A stretch of 64,000 nucleotides of DNA from Mobula hypostoma (GCF_963921235.1 NC_086097.1:127908001-127972000); one strand, 5' to 3'. Positions 12,139 through 23,344 are shown, counted from the first letter of the stretch. The notes: generated by a model not told the origin, from the letters alone. A program made the numbers and translations.

Positions 12139-12565
12139 CATTCACAATCGTGACCTGTTTCCTGCATTCTTCCATACCTGATTTGGTCAAATACCCTGCA
12201 GGAAGCACATAATGATTGGAAATTACACTAGAAATCAAAAAGGGGTAAATTGGGAGAGGGGATAGAAGACGCGATTGTTAAGAGGAGATGGTCTGAAAAG
12301 GTGAGATTTACAAGGATGTTGCTGGGACCTGAATTACGGGGAGAAGTTGATCAAGTTGGGACTTTTTTAAATGAAGCATAGAGGAAAAGGTGATCTTATA
12401 AAGATGCATTGATAGAAATGCATCCAGACAGATCATGCCGTACGTAATTATATTGAGATAGTGAAAGATAAATCAAATGCGGAATATTCAAGAATCAATA
12501 CTCGAGATTCAGGATTGTTTAATGTCATTTCCTGTACTGTACACAAGTGAAAAGGAGAACAAAAC

Positions 12566-12952
12566 TGGAGCGACGGAGGATGAGAGATGATCTGATAGAG
12601 GTGTATAAGATGATGAGAGGCACTGACCATGTGGATAGTCAGAGGCTTTTTCTCAAGACTGAAATGGTTGCCACAAGAGGGCACAGGTTTAATGTGCTGG
12701 GGAGTAGGTACAGAGGAGATGTCCGGAGTAAGTTTTTTACGCAGAGAGTAGTGAGTGCGTGGAATGGGCTGACAGCGACGGTGGTGGAGGCAGAAACGAT
12801 AGGGTCTTTTAAGAGACTTTTGGATAGGTACGTGGAGCTTAGAAAAATAGAGGGCTATGGGTAATCATAGTAATTTCTAAGGTAGGGACATGTTCGGCAC
12901 AACTTTGTGGGCCGAAGGGCCTGTATTGTGCTGTAGGTTTTCTATGTTTCTA
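12566..12952 (+). mobile_element. Young 5'-truncated CR1 3' end, nested in an older CR1 fragment (~12295-13195)
   Basis: ORF LERRRMRDDLIEVYKMMRG...FFTQRVVSAWNGL...SFKRLLDRY and tail GGGCCGAAGGGCCTGTATTGTGCTGTAGGTTTTCTATGTTTCTA. Older CR1 sequence lies on both sides. Confidence 0.9.
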
Positions 12953-13224
12953 AAATCATGAGGGTGAATGCACACAGTCTTCTCCCAGGGCTGGAGAAGC
13001 AAGGGCAGGAGGGGATAGGTTTAAGATGAGACGGAAGAGTTTTAATAGGAACTTGATGGGCAATATTTTTTACCCAGAGAGTGATCAGTTTATGGAATAA
13101 GTAGTTGGAGGAAATTGTTGAGGCAGGTACATTAAAACATTTAAATGGACAGGGACTTATGTGGAGAGGAACTTATTAAAGAGATAAGGGCCAAATAATT
13201 ACACTAATCACACAATATTCTCAT

Positions 13225-13345
13225 TAGCTACTCTCAAATTCTACCACTCACTTACAGAATAGGGGCAATTTACAGCAGCTAATTAATCCATCAACCCACA
13301 TTATCTTTGGAATATAGAAGGAAACTCATGGGGGTCAGAGGGGGA
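13225..13345 (-). mobile_element. HE1/V-SINE fragment
   Basis: ggggcaatttacagcagctaattaatccatcaacc...ctttggaatatagaaggaaac matches the SINE body repeated at 17740, 25030, 45200 and 61060. Confidence 0.6.
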
Positions 13346-13350
13346 GCAGA

Positions 13351-14100
13351 TTACCTGAAACTGGAGAAGTCAGTGTATATTCCATTGGGTTCAAAGGTTA
13401 ATTTTATCATCAAAGCATATATGCAGAATACAACTCTGAGATTCATCTTCTCCAGATAGTCATAGAGTACAGAAAACTCAATAAGTAGTTGAAAGAAAGA
13501 CATCATTCTCCCCCCGGCACGAAAAGAAAAAGAAACAAAAACTCGCAAACCCCAAACCCCACCAACCCCTCCCTTGCACAAAAAAGCCCCCCAAGAAAGA
13601 ATGAGCGAGGACATGAAAAAATACATAGAACTGAAAGAGGACAATATGAACTACAGTCCAATCCATAAATCTCAGAATTTCGATAACCTCTGAAAGCATT
13701 GGGACCCAGTGGCCCCTCCAGCACCAGTGACTCGAACCACTGGCCCCCTCCGGCAGCAGTGATTCAAATGCAGAGATGTGAACCAACGGCCCCTCCCAGG
13801 GCAGTGACTCGAACCAGCGACCCCTCCGAGGGCAACGACTTCAACCAGTGGGCCCTCAGCGGCTGAAAAGCAGCGGCCCCTCCGACAGCAACAACTTGAG
13901 CCAGCGACCCCCCCGGAGGCAGCGGCCCCTCCGACACTGGTCGGCCACTCAGGTAGTATGCGAAGTGCTGTTCTTCCAGTTTGTGTTTGGCCTCACCCTG
14001 GCAGTGGAGAAGGCTGCCGTCAGACAGACCAGAGTGGAATGGGAAGGGGAAATGAAATGGCTTGCATCCAGGAGCTCCAAATGCCTGTGGCAGAGAATGA
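13351..14100 (-). mobile_element. Penelope-like GIY-YIG ORF C-terminus, split by an insertion at 13392-13945
   Basis: 13950-14100 encodes HFPFPFHSGLSDGSLLHCQGEAKHKLEEQHF; 13351-13391 encodes EPNGIYTDFSSFR*. Together they match the PLE ending LEEQHL...L.P.GMN.DFS.F. Confidence 0.7.
13392..13945 (-). mobile_element. Non-coding retroposon with Rex1-like 3' tail and GC-rich ~31-bp minisatellite
   Basis: - strand ends GAGAAGATGAATCTCAGAGTTGTATTC...GATAAAATTACCTTTGAA, like the tail at 49655-49740. Degenerate GCAGTGACTCGAACCAGCGGCCCCTCCG units at ~13700-13940. Confidence 0.65.
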
Positions 14101-17100
14101 GTGCTTGTTTATTTCTCCTTCCTGACCTACCCAGGTTATCTCACCCCCTTCTTTACAGCTCCCCCCTCCCCTTACTCAGTTTCTTTCCCATCCCCTCTCT
14201 GGCAAATACCCACACTCTTAACCTACTGGGTGTCCTATCCCTCCCCCAGTGGCTTCCTCTGCCTTTCTCTCCCTTATCTGATTCTACTTACCGCTTTCCT
14301 TACTCACCAGATACCAGAGTCTGCAGCCTTTTGTTTTCTTTTCACTTCCCAGCCTGTGCCTCTATTTCCATTCTCCCATCTCCTGCATCTGGCTCCATCT
14401 ACCTTTTTTTCACCTGGATCTACCTATCACTTGCCAGCTCCTGCCTCTCCCCTCCCCTTCACCTCTTTACAACAGTTTTCTCCATTCTGTACGCTCAGTT
14501 TTGGTCGGTAATTGTAGTTGGTAATTGGCATTTTATTGTAATGTGTACTGAGGTACACCCAAAATCATTGTTTTGCATGCTATCCATATAGATAACTTCA
14601 TTATATTATATTGAGGTAGGCCAAGGGAAAATCAATAACAGGTGCAGAATAGTGTTACACTTGCAGAGTTGCAGTGAACACAATAACATGCAAGAGGCAC
14701 ATTGAGGTAGGTTGTGAGGTTAAGAGTCCAGTTTATTATACAAGAGGCCCATTCAATATTCTTAAGATGCTGAGATAGCAGCTGTTCTTGATTCTTGTAT
14801 TACATGCTATTGGGGCTTTGTAACTTAAAACTGCACAATTCTAAGCCAAAACCTTAACTATCCCTCCCTTTCCACAGATGATGTCTGTGTTTTGCAGATT
14901 TCAACATCTGCAGTCCCTTGTGTCAGCAGAGGAACCCCGTTGTACTGTATCCTCACTGTTTAAATGGATTTTGGGAAGTCTCTTCTAGGGGCAGCTTCAG
15001 GACTGACAGTGGGCTACACAAGCACTTTCCGTAATCCACAGTCTGTACTTGTTTGCCTATTGCAACACAGAAGGATGTCATTCAAACCATCCTTATGCCA
15101 GCTTCCCGCAGAGCAATCCCATCAACTCCCTCCTTTGCCTCTTTCCTTATTTGCCCATCAACTCATTGACTCTCAGATGTTCATCAACTTCTCTTTGTGC
15201 AATTTCTTTGCTTCTCACCTTACAAAGGTGCAATCGACAGAGACAACTGGCCACAGCACACCAGGGCTCTGCCTCCGCATTAGCAGAGCACAGGTACTGC
15301 AAGGGTGATGAATCGAATGGTAATGGCAAACTCTGCTGGATTCTTTGACCTTTGGTTCCTAAGCAAACAGAACAGTTCTCCTAGCACCAGCATTACTGAG
15401 TGTTAAAGGGGCACCTTGGCGGTGGCACTGACATTACTCCACGATTAGAGACTTTGAGAATGGGGTGGCATACCATTTAGGTAGGGTTAGGAATTGTGGG
15501 GAGAGGCAACCACAGGGAACTTAATCTCGGATACACATGACAGATGATCAATGCATTTGCATGAGTTCATACTTTCAAACTCCTAGCATGTAAATTTCTA
15601 GAATAACATTATTTATAAGAACGTATAGAATCAGTACATATTTTTAGTTACATAATAATAACATTAATACATTCTGTTAACAAAGCACCAATGCCTTGTG
15701 GTCTCTGATTAAGGCACCTATTAAGTGCCTGGGAGGCTATTACACAGGACTCAAAGTCTCAGTGACAGGAAAATCTAAGATTGCAGTTTTCATCCACAAA
15801 GCCTTTGTGTTAACTGCACCAAACTTTGTATTTGCTCCTGCTCCCTGGAATGTGCTAGTCAGCAGTATCCGCTTGATGTTGTCCCTTTATACTGGAAGAC
15901 CATCAGGTTTTGGGAAGACCAAAGTATTTCTGTCACTGAATTTTTCCCACAGCAATTGAAGTTTGTCTCAGTACGTGTGTTTGGGAACACCACTCAGCTC
16001 AGAGAGTCCTTTGTTATGCACCTGTTTTCTCGTCTCAAAAATAAAATCTATTCCTCGAAAATATACTGTATTACAAGAAGTACAGAAAGAGGGTTTTCTT
16101 TAACATGTCATGAAATCTATGCACTCATAGTGTCAGATTGATTGGTTTTGGTTTATTATTGCCTCATGTGCTGAGATCCAGTGAAAAACTCTGTGCCATC
16201 CAGGCAGATCATACCATTCACTAGTATGTTGAGGTGAGTAAAAGTGAAACCAGGGTGTCGAATCTATTGTAGCTGCTACAGGGCAAAGTGTGGTGCAGGC
16301 AAACAAATAAACTGCAGATGCCACAGCAAGGTAGATTGGGAGGGCAAGAATTCTCCTTCCGTGTGTGAGGTCTGTTCAAGTGTCTGACAATAGCAGGATA
16401 AAGGGTGTCTTTGACAGATAGGGCTGAGTTACATTTGTAATTATATAGCTGTTATTAACATTGAAATCTGCCATCTCAAGACATGACATTCCTGTAGTAC
16501 AATGTTTGGCAGTGTCCTTGCATCCAGGTTGCTCTGTGTGTGAACGTCGAGGTGATTGTGACTCTCAACAGCCCCTGTGCATATATGTGTGAGAATCGTA
16601 GTTACAGCCTTGCTGTGTTGTTAGTAGACTCTCCCGCCTGGTGATCATATGAACCACTCCACTCAGACTCTTCCCACCCCCCCCCCACCCTTCTCCAGCG
16701 CAGCCATGCTTTGCACTACTGCTGTCTGATTGCCCCGGAGAACATGCATTCAACAACTGATCCCATTCTATCATTGCTCTGAAGCTGTGCTGAGTTAAGT
16801 GTGGTCCTCTTAAGAAAACTCTACCTCCTGCCTAGCACACCACTCTACTTAGGAAACATCCCAGAGCTGTTTTCAACTCTTCCTTGACCAATTTCGCAAA
16901 TTTTTGAAGGGAGGCCAATTTGGCAGCAGTGCCAAAAGCAACAATATTTATTTGAGCCAAAAATAGGTGCAGTTCAGTTTCATATTTTTACCCTTGATGT
17001 GAAATATTCACCCAATATTCCATTAACCACAATGATTGGTATTGACAGGCTACTTCGCAAGACATGGTCCTATGTGACACATATTATCCAAAGTACTGGG

Positions 17101-17477
17101 TTACTAAATGCTCTTACAATGTTGCAATCAAGCAATAGAGACTAATGTATTTCACCTGGCAACAGTTTTATTGAAATTTATTTCAAACCAGAGAGGAATT
17201 TAAAATTAAAGAAAAATAAGGGAAATGTTTCTCTCAGTTAATGAATAAAGGCAATGTTGTAAATTTACTCTTCATACTAGGCCTTTTTACAGTGAGGGAG
17301 ATATTCCTTTGACATGAGATCAGCATTTATCACATAGGAATGGAATGAGCTCCATATTCACCATGTCTTTGATGTTTCTTCCTTTCTGTCTGATTAGAAC
17401 AAAAGCTGGAAGGTCACAGAGACAGAGAGACATAGCTTGGAAATGGGCCTTTTGGCACGTCAACCACCCATTTGGGA

Positions 17478-17714
17478 GCGAATGTCGAGGGAGGGAACGT
17501 CGACTTAGACCATGAGAGGCCTGCGTCGGGCATTTTCATGCCTTACAAGGCGCAGATTGGAAGTCTGTGTGGGGCGCCACTCCTCACACAGACACTAGAG
17601 CAATGTGTGATTAACTGCCTTGCTCAAGGACACAAACATACTGCCACAGCTGAGGCTCGAACTAGCGATCTTCAGATCACTAGACAAATGCCTTAACCAC
17701 TTGGCTACGTGCCC
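17478..17714 (-). mobile_element. tRNA-derived CORE-type SINE, CpG-rich (young)
   Basis: - strand 5' end GGCACGTAGCCAAGTGGTTAAGGC (A box), GTTCGAGCC (B box), then CORE-like GTGTCCTTGAGCAAGGCAGTTAATC. Confidence 0.8.
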
Positions 17715-17739
17715 ATTTACTTGACATTAATCTCATCAA

Positions 17740-17947
17740 CTCCTCCCAGATTCCAGTGCACTAGGGGCCATTTACTGTGGCCAATTAACATGGTAGTCAG
17801 CAAGCCTTTGCACTGTGGTAAGAAACCAGAACACCTAGAGGAAACCCATGTGGTCACAAGGAGAATGCACGATCTCCACATAGACAGCACCTGAGGTCAG
17901 GATCGTACATGGTTCTCTGGTGTAGCGAGAAACCAATTCTCAGCTGC
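17740..17947 (-). mobile_element. HE1/V-SINE
   Basis: ggccaattaac...agaaaccagaacacctagaggaaacccatgtggtcacaaggagaatg...gacagcacctgaggtcaggatcg: V-domain plus tRNA-like head. Confidence 0.75.
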
Positions 17948-18097
17948 CTTCATCCCACCTTCCATGTGTCCCACATCAAGTCTTTCATGAGCCACCCCAT
18001 TTCCTGTCCCCAAACCCCCCGTCTCCCACGGCTTATCAATGGGTCAGAGGTCTTCACGGTGCATCGACTGCTGGACGTTCATCACCAGGGCAGATGG

Positions 18098-20240
18098 AAC
18101 GCCAACGTCCCCCTCCTGGGCAGGAAACAGTGGAGGTTGGTAGCCAAGGCAGCACTCGAAAGGGGACAGACCGGTGGATGAAGATGGATGAGAGTTTATG
18201 CTGTACTCGGCCTAGGGTAGCTGCCGACTCCATGCGGAGGGGTTCTGGGAGATCAGACACTGCAATACAGTCTCTAGCTGTTGGTTGGCCCGCTCTGTCT
18301 GGCCATTGGTCTGTGGGTGGAATCCTGAAGACAGACTGACGGAGGCACCCAGAGGATTACAGAATGCCCTCCAGAAGTTGGATGTGAATTGAGAGCCCCT
18401 GTCTGATAACATCTAGTGGTAAACCATGTAATTTAAAAACCATGCAGTACTAGTAATTTGGCTGAGGGGAGTTTAGGTAAAGGAATGAAGTGTACCGACT
18501 TGGAGAGACAATCAACTACTGTGAGAATGGTGGTATTACCATCTGATGGGGGAAAACCGGTGACAAAATCCAGGGCAATATGGGAGCAGGGTCTCTTGGG
18601 GATAGACAGGGGTTGTAACAGACCAGCAGGTGACTGGTTAGAGTTCTTGCCTTGAGCACAGACCGAGCAGGCTGAGAAAAAGTTGCGGATGTCATCTCCC
18701 ATGGAGGGCCACCCGAACCGCTGACAGAAGGCCTGACTATGCTTGGTTCCAGGGTGGCAGGATAACCAGGAAGAATGACCCCGTTGCAATACCTGTGAGT
18801 GGACGGAGCTGGGAACATAAACACGATTAGTGGGGCATTGACTAGGGGCTGCCTCGCTCTGTTGAGCAGCTTGCACCATGGATTCAATGTCCCATTGCAC
18901 TGCACCCACGAGACAGTGAGCAGGGATGATGACAGCGGGTACCTCAGGGGCCTCAGAGGAGGGAAATCTTCAGGAGAGGGCATCAGGTTTTCCATTTTTG
19001 GAACTGGGGCGGAAGGACAGAGTAAAATTGAATCTTGAGAAAAACAGGGACCAACAAGCTTGATGGGAGTTGAGATGCTTGGCCGTATGGATATATTCCA
19101 GATTCTTGTGATCAGTGCAGGCTAAGAATGGCACCTTTTCTCCCTCCAGCCAATGCTTCCAATCCTCTAGAGCTAGCTTCACCGCCAGCAGCTCCTGGTT
19201 TCCGACATTGTAATTCCGCTCTGTGGGAGTGAGGCGGTGAGAGAAGGCGGCGCAGGGGTGTACCTTCTCATCCTTGGCCGAGTGGAGATACTTGTAATGG
19301 TCTGAGGTGGTGTTGAAGGTCGTCTTCCACTCAGCCCCTTCGCAGATGCAGACAAGATGGTAGGCATTACGGAGAACAAACTTGGTGAAAACTGAGGCTC
19401 CTTGTAGTAGTTCAAATGCCGAGGTAATAAGCGGAAGATTGTAATGGTTTTTAACAGCACCTTCATTCATTCCCCGGTAATCAATGCATGGATGCAAGGA
19501 GCTGTCCTTCTGTTCAACAAAGGAAAACCGGCACCAGCAGGGAAGGAAGATGGCCAGATGATGCCTGCAGCCAGAGACTCTTGAATGTACTTACTCATGG
19601 CTTGTTTCAGGTATGGACAGGAAATACAGGCAGCTCCTTGGGGGAGATGTGCCAGGCAAGAGGTCAATGATGCAATCATATGGATGATGAGGCCGCAGGG
19701 AAGGGGCCCAGAACTTGCTGAACACAGCTTTGAGGTCCATGTATTCAGGAGGGATGGCATCAAGGTCTGGAAATTCCTCAGGGGGATCTGGGCTTGGAGA
19801 CAAGGGGATCTGAGCATGGCTGAGGCAGTGGGAGTGACAGAATGGGCTCCAGCTTACAATCTTGTGACTGAGCCAGTGGGGGTTGTGTCTGACTAACCAG
19901 GAATGGCCCAGGACAATGGAAGCTTGAAGAGAGTCAATAACAAAGGGTTAACTGTTCGTGATGGTTGCTGGATAAACTGAGACTCACCAGGGACGTGATA
20001 ATGGTGATGTTAGCCAGTCTCTGACCGTTCAAGGCGTTGGCCATTAATGGTGACTGGAGAACAGAAGTGGGCAGTTCCAACTGGGCAGCCAAGCCGGAAT
20101 CAATGAAACATCCCTCTGTATCAGAACTGACCAAGATGGAGACTGCTCGGCATTGCACACCCCACTCCAGAGAAGCAGATATGAGACTGAGTGGCATCGA
20201 GGAGGCCAGACAGGGCTCACACTCACCGGCACTCTTCATC
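18098..20240 (-). pseudogene. Gypsy pol (protease, partial RT, RNase H, integrase), disrupted
   Basis: PCIDYRGMN...LPLI...LRNAYHLV (RT N-half); [18 protein letters not shown]...TDHKNLEY (RNase H); HPG...[21 protein letters not shown] and [10 protein letters not shown] (integrase HHCC/DDE). Confidence 0.9.
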
Positions 20241-20259
20241 CTACTGGTGAGCTGCTGGC

Positions 20260-21214
20260 TTTTACTGGGGAGGTGGAGATGAAATAGCCTGACTGGCCAC
20301 AGTACAGACAGGAACGGGTGCTGCTTCTCCTTTGTCTTTCAGTCGGCGTCAGGCGGGTACAGTCAACATACATAGCCTTGGACTCTGGAATGTGAATTGT
20401 AGGTGGAGGCAAACGGCAGGGCAATGTAGACTGACGAGGAGCTTGGAACTCACCCAGTACCCCCAGGGACCCTCTGGACCCCTCCCTCTGCGGTGCTGCG
20501 GAAGGCAAACATCAATACAGATGGCCAAATTCACCAGAGCTTCAAAGGTGGCAGGAAGATCTTGGGTAACCAGTTCATCTTTGATGTCTTCGGAGAGGCC
20601 ATTCAGGAAGGTGTCGTACTGTGCCTCCGAGTTCCAGCTGCTGGAGGTGGCTAGGATTCGGAACTCTATGGCGTAATCTGATACGGATCTGCGCCCCTGG
20701 TGCATGCGCAGCATTTCATGGGCAGCCTCTCTCCCATGTTTGGAGCAATCAAACAGTTTTCTCATCTCCTCAGAAAACAACTGAAAACTACTGCAGAAAA
20801 GGAAGCCTACCTCCCAGACAACTGTTCCCTATTCTCCAGCCCAACTGGACAGTTGGGTGATGATGTACGCTACCTTGGCTCGATCAGTGGGAAATGTTGC
20901 TGGTTGCAATTCAAAAACAAGGGTGCACTGGGAAAGAAAAGTGCAGCAGGTACTGGGCTTACCCGAGTACTTTTCTGGAGGAGGTAGACGGGGCTCTTGG
21001 ATGGGAGGAGCATGTGAGGAGGTAGAGGGCAGGACGGAAGATGCAGTCGCAGGGACAGCTGGAGTGACCGAGTCTGGGCCGCAAGATCAGCTACATTGGT
21101 AGAAAGCAACTCCACTGCCCTGAACACAGAATCCAGCTGGTTCTGGTGTCTCCCCAGCAACACTTCCTGTTGTTCCAGGGCAGCTCTCAGATGATCAGGG
21201 TCTGCTGGATCCAT
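20260..21214 (-). pseudogene. Gypsy gag (PEG10/RTL1-like capsid plus CCHC knuckle remnant), disrupted
   Basis: MDPADPDHLRAALEQQ...PPPEKYSG...QGRRSVSDYAIEFRILA...FLNGLSEDIKDEL...CLYCGQSGY. Frameshifts and stops present. Confidence 0.88.
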
Positions 21215-21230
21215 TCTGGCCAAATTGTAC

Positions 21231-21724
21231 TGTCAGGACATTGGAGCAGGGATCCAATCGCAGACCCAGCACTGTGCACACAGTGATATTAATTGAACAA
21301 CAAATCCCAGGGTGCAAATAAAGTCAACATCAAAGTTTAGGCAGAGATCAAAACATCCAGAGCAATCCAAAAACCAGGATCAGGAAACAGCCACAGTCAA
21401 TATTCACACAGACAGAGTACAGACATGAATACTGGAAAGGCTCAGGAAAATTCACTAGCACAATCTGGCAACAAACAGGTGAAGACGCAGGACTGAAATA
21501 CAGTAAGCAGTAAACAGAGAGGCAGATGATAGGTGGAGCACAATGAGACACAGGTGACAGCAATACAGGTAACAATGAGAAACAGATGAGAGACAGATTA
21601 CTCAATAATACAGGGGCCGGAGTAGAGCAGGAGCGGGGACAGGAGCACATGGCAATACAAAACCACAGACTGACAGCTAGGGGGAAACACACAAAAAGAC
21701 AGAGCTCAACTGGAGGTACTGACA
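21231..21724 (-). repeat. 5' LTR of the Gypsy element (494 bp)
   Basis: TGTCAG...CTGACA termini. The gag ATG lies 17 nt downstream on -. Confidence 0.85.
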
Positions 21725-21739
21725 TAAAGCCATAGAGAT

Positions 21740-22000
21740 CCAGTATACAGCAGAGTAACATGCCCTTTGGCCCAATTCATCTGTACCAGCCAAGTTGGCT
21801 TCTTGGTCTGGTCTCATTTGCCTGCATTTGACCAATATCTTCTAAATCTTTATTATCTATGAACCTGTCCAAATGCCTTTTAAACATCAAAATTGTGCCC
21901 ACCTCTACCACTGGCAGCTTGTTCCATATAGAGCACCTTCTGTGTGAAAAGGATACTCCTTGGGTCCCTTTTAAATTGTCCCCCTCTAACATTCATTGCT
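21740..22000 (-). mobile_element. CR1 3' fragment
   Basis: ORF ...SIWNKLPVVEVGTILMFKRHLDRFID. Confidence 0.7.
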
Positions 22001-22025
22001 TGGATTACGGTGAGTAGTGGGTGAA

Positions 22026-23149
22026 TGCCATGGTCTGGTCCGTGAAGTCCGTATTCCGGTCCACGGTCCGGTCCATCGACCCTTGTTCCAGGTTTTCCTG
22101 TCTACCCTGTTTCTGTTCTTGTTGAGCTCTAATTGAGGCAGCTGATGCTTGTTGGGGCTGGCTGCATAAATACCTTCAGAGACCAGGGTGTGGCTGCTGG
22201 ATTGATCTTGTCCTTACTCCTTGTATCCCTTCCTTGGCCTTCTGTTCCCTCGCCTGAAGCCTTGCCTTGTCTTGCCGGTAACTCTCGCCTCACCTGAAGT
22301 TCTTGTCTTGCCTTGCATTGCCTGAAGCCTTGCCTTGTCTTGCTGGTAACTCTCGCCTCGTCTCACCTGCAGTCTTGTCCTGGAGCCACCCTGTACCTAG
22401 CTCCTTCCTGTCCCTTGCCTCCACCCAGGTAAGCCAGGCCGCCTTGCTGTTACCTACGGTTGGTTCTGTCCCTTCTTAACCCTTGCCTCCGTCGGGTAAG
22501 CCAGGCCGTCTTGCCATTACCTGCGGTTGGTTCTGTCCCTTCCTGTCCCTTGCCTCTGTTGGGTGGTGATCTGCACCTGGCCCAGGAGTACCGCACCTAG
22601 CCCAGGAGGAGCCTCTAGCCTCCGGCCTCCAGCCAAGCCTTGCCTCTGGTCTCTAGCCTCAAGCCTGAAGACTCCGGCCTCCTGCCAAGCCTCAAGCCTG
22701 AAGGCTCCGGCCTCCTGCCAAGCCTCAAGCCTCAAGCCTGAAGGCTCCGGTCTCCTGCCAAGCCTCAAGCCTGAAAGCTCCGGCCTCCTGCCTCGCCTCA
22801 AGCCTCTAAGACTCCGGCCTCCTGCCTCGCCTCAAGCCTCTAAGACTCCGGCCTCCTGCCTCCTGCCAAGCCTCGCCTTAAGTCTCTAAGACTCCGGCCT
22901 CCTGCCTCCTGCCAAGCCTCATCCTTGCCTAGTTCTGGGGTCCAGAGGCAAGACCCAGGTACTGGGTCCTTGTTCAGTCTCTGGCTCGGAGTCCAAGACC
23001 GGGCTCCTAGCTCTCTTGTCCAGTCCTTTTCCGGGTTCCCAGTTTTCGTGTCCATGTCCTTGCTCTCAACCTGTATCCTAGTCCTGCCCCTAGTACTTCA
23101 GTGTCTGTGTCTTGCACTTGGGTCCATTCCTAGCCACTGCCGTATGACA
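22026..23149 (+). mobile_element. Solo LTR (1124 bp, Gypsy-type) with internal minisatellite
   Basis: TGCCAT...ATGACA termini; perfect 5-bp TSD GTGAA (22021-25 and 23150-54); CATAAATA TATA-like box at ~22165; homologous to 56441-57563. Confidence 0.88.
22615..22920. repeat. ~33-40-bp minisatellite (8 CTCCGGCCTCC cores)
   Basis: Tandem AAGCCTCAAGCCTGAAGGCTCCGGCCTCCTGCC-like units. Confidence 0.85.
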
Positions 23150-23344
23150 GTGAAGGGAGGAAGGTTCATAATAAATGGGATATGTTGATCCTCTGGGAAT
23201 GTTCCCAAGAGAAAAAGTGTAACATTAATAATTTGATCCATAAGAGGGTTAAGGATTACAGGAGGAAAGCAGAAGAATAGGGTTGAAAAAGAAATCGGCT
23301 GTGATTGAATAGCAGAGCACACTCGATGGACCGAAAAAGTGCAA

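Larger units (their letters stand above)
17948..21724 (-). mobile_element. Ty3/Gypsy chromovirus (sushi-type) LTR retrotransposon, rearranged, 3' LTR missing
   Basis: 5' LTR followed by gag, protease, RT, RNase H and integrase in Gypsy order. The chromodomain-linked piece is inverted at 17948-18097. Confidence 0.92.

Noticed and set aside
13700..13940. ~31-bp repeats resembling a CRISPR array
   Set aside because: The units are contiguous and degenerate with no unique spacers, there are no cas genes, and the context is eukaryotic. It is a minisatellite.
13848..14591. 247-aa ORF, one of the longest in the window
   Set aside because: A chimera of minisatellite, antisense Penelope ORF and pyrimidine-rich UTR, with no coherent domain.
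17640..17714. tRNA gene
   Set aside because: It has A and B boxes but runs straight into a CORE-like SINE body, with no acceptor stem or terminator.
17948..21724. Domesticated PEG10/RTL1-like gene
   Set aside because: Multiple stops and frameshifts, a deleted RT core and a retained LTR indicate a dead retrotransposon.
22615..22920. Repetitive ORFs (22517..22801, 22527..22889) and an array-like pattern
   Set aside because: A by-product of a GC-rich minisatellite inside a TSD-flanked solo LTR.
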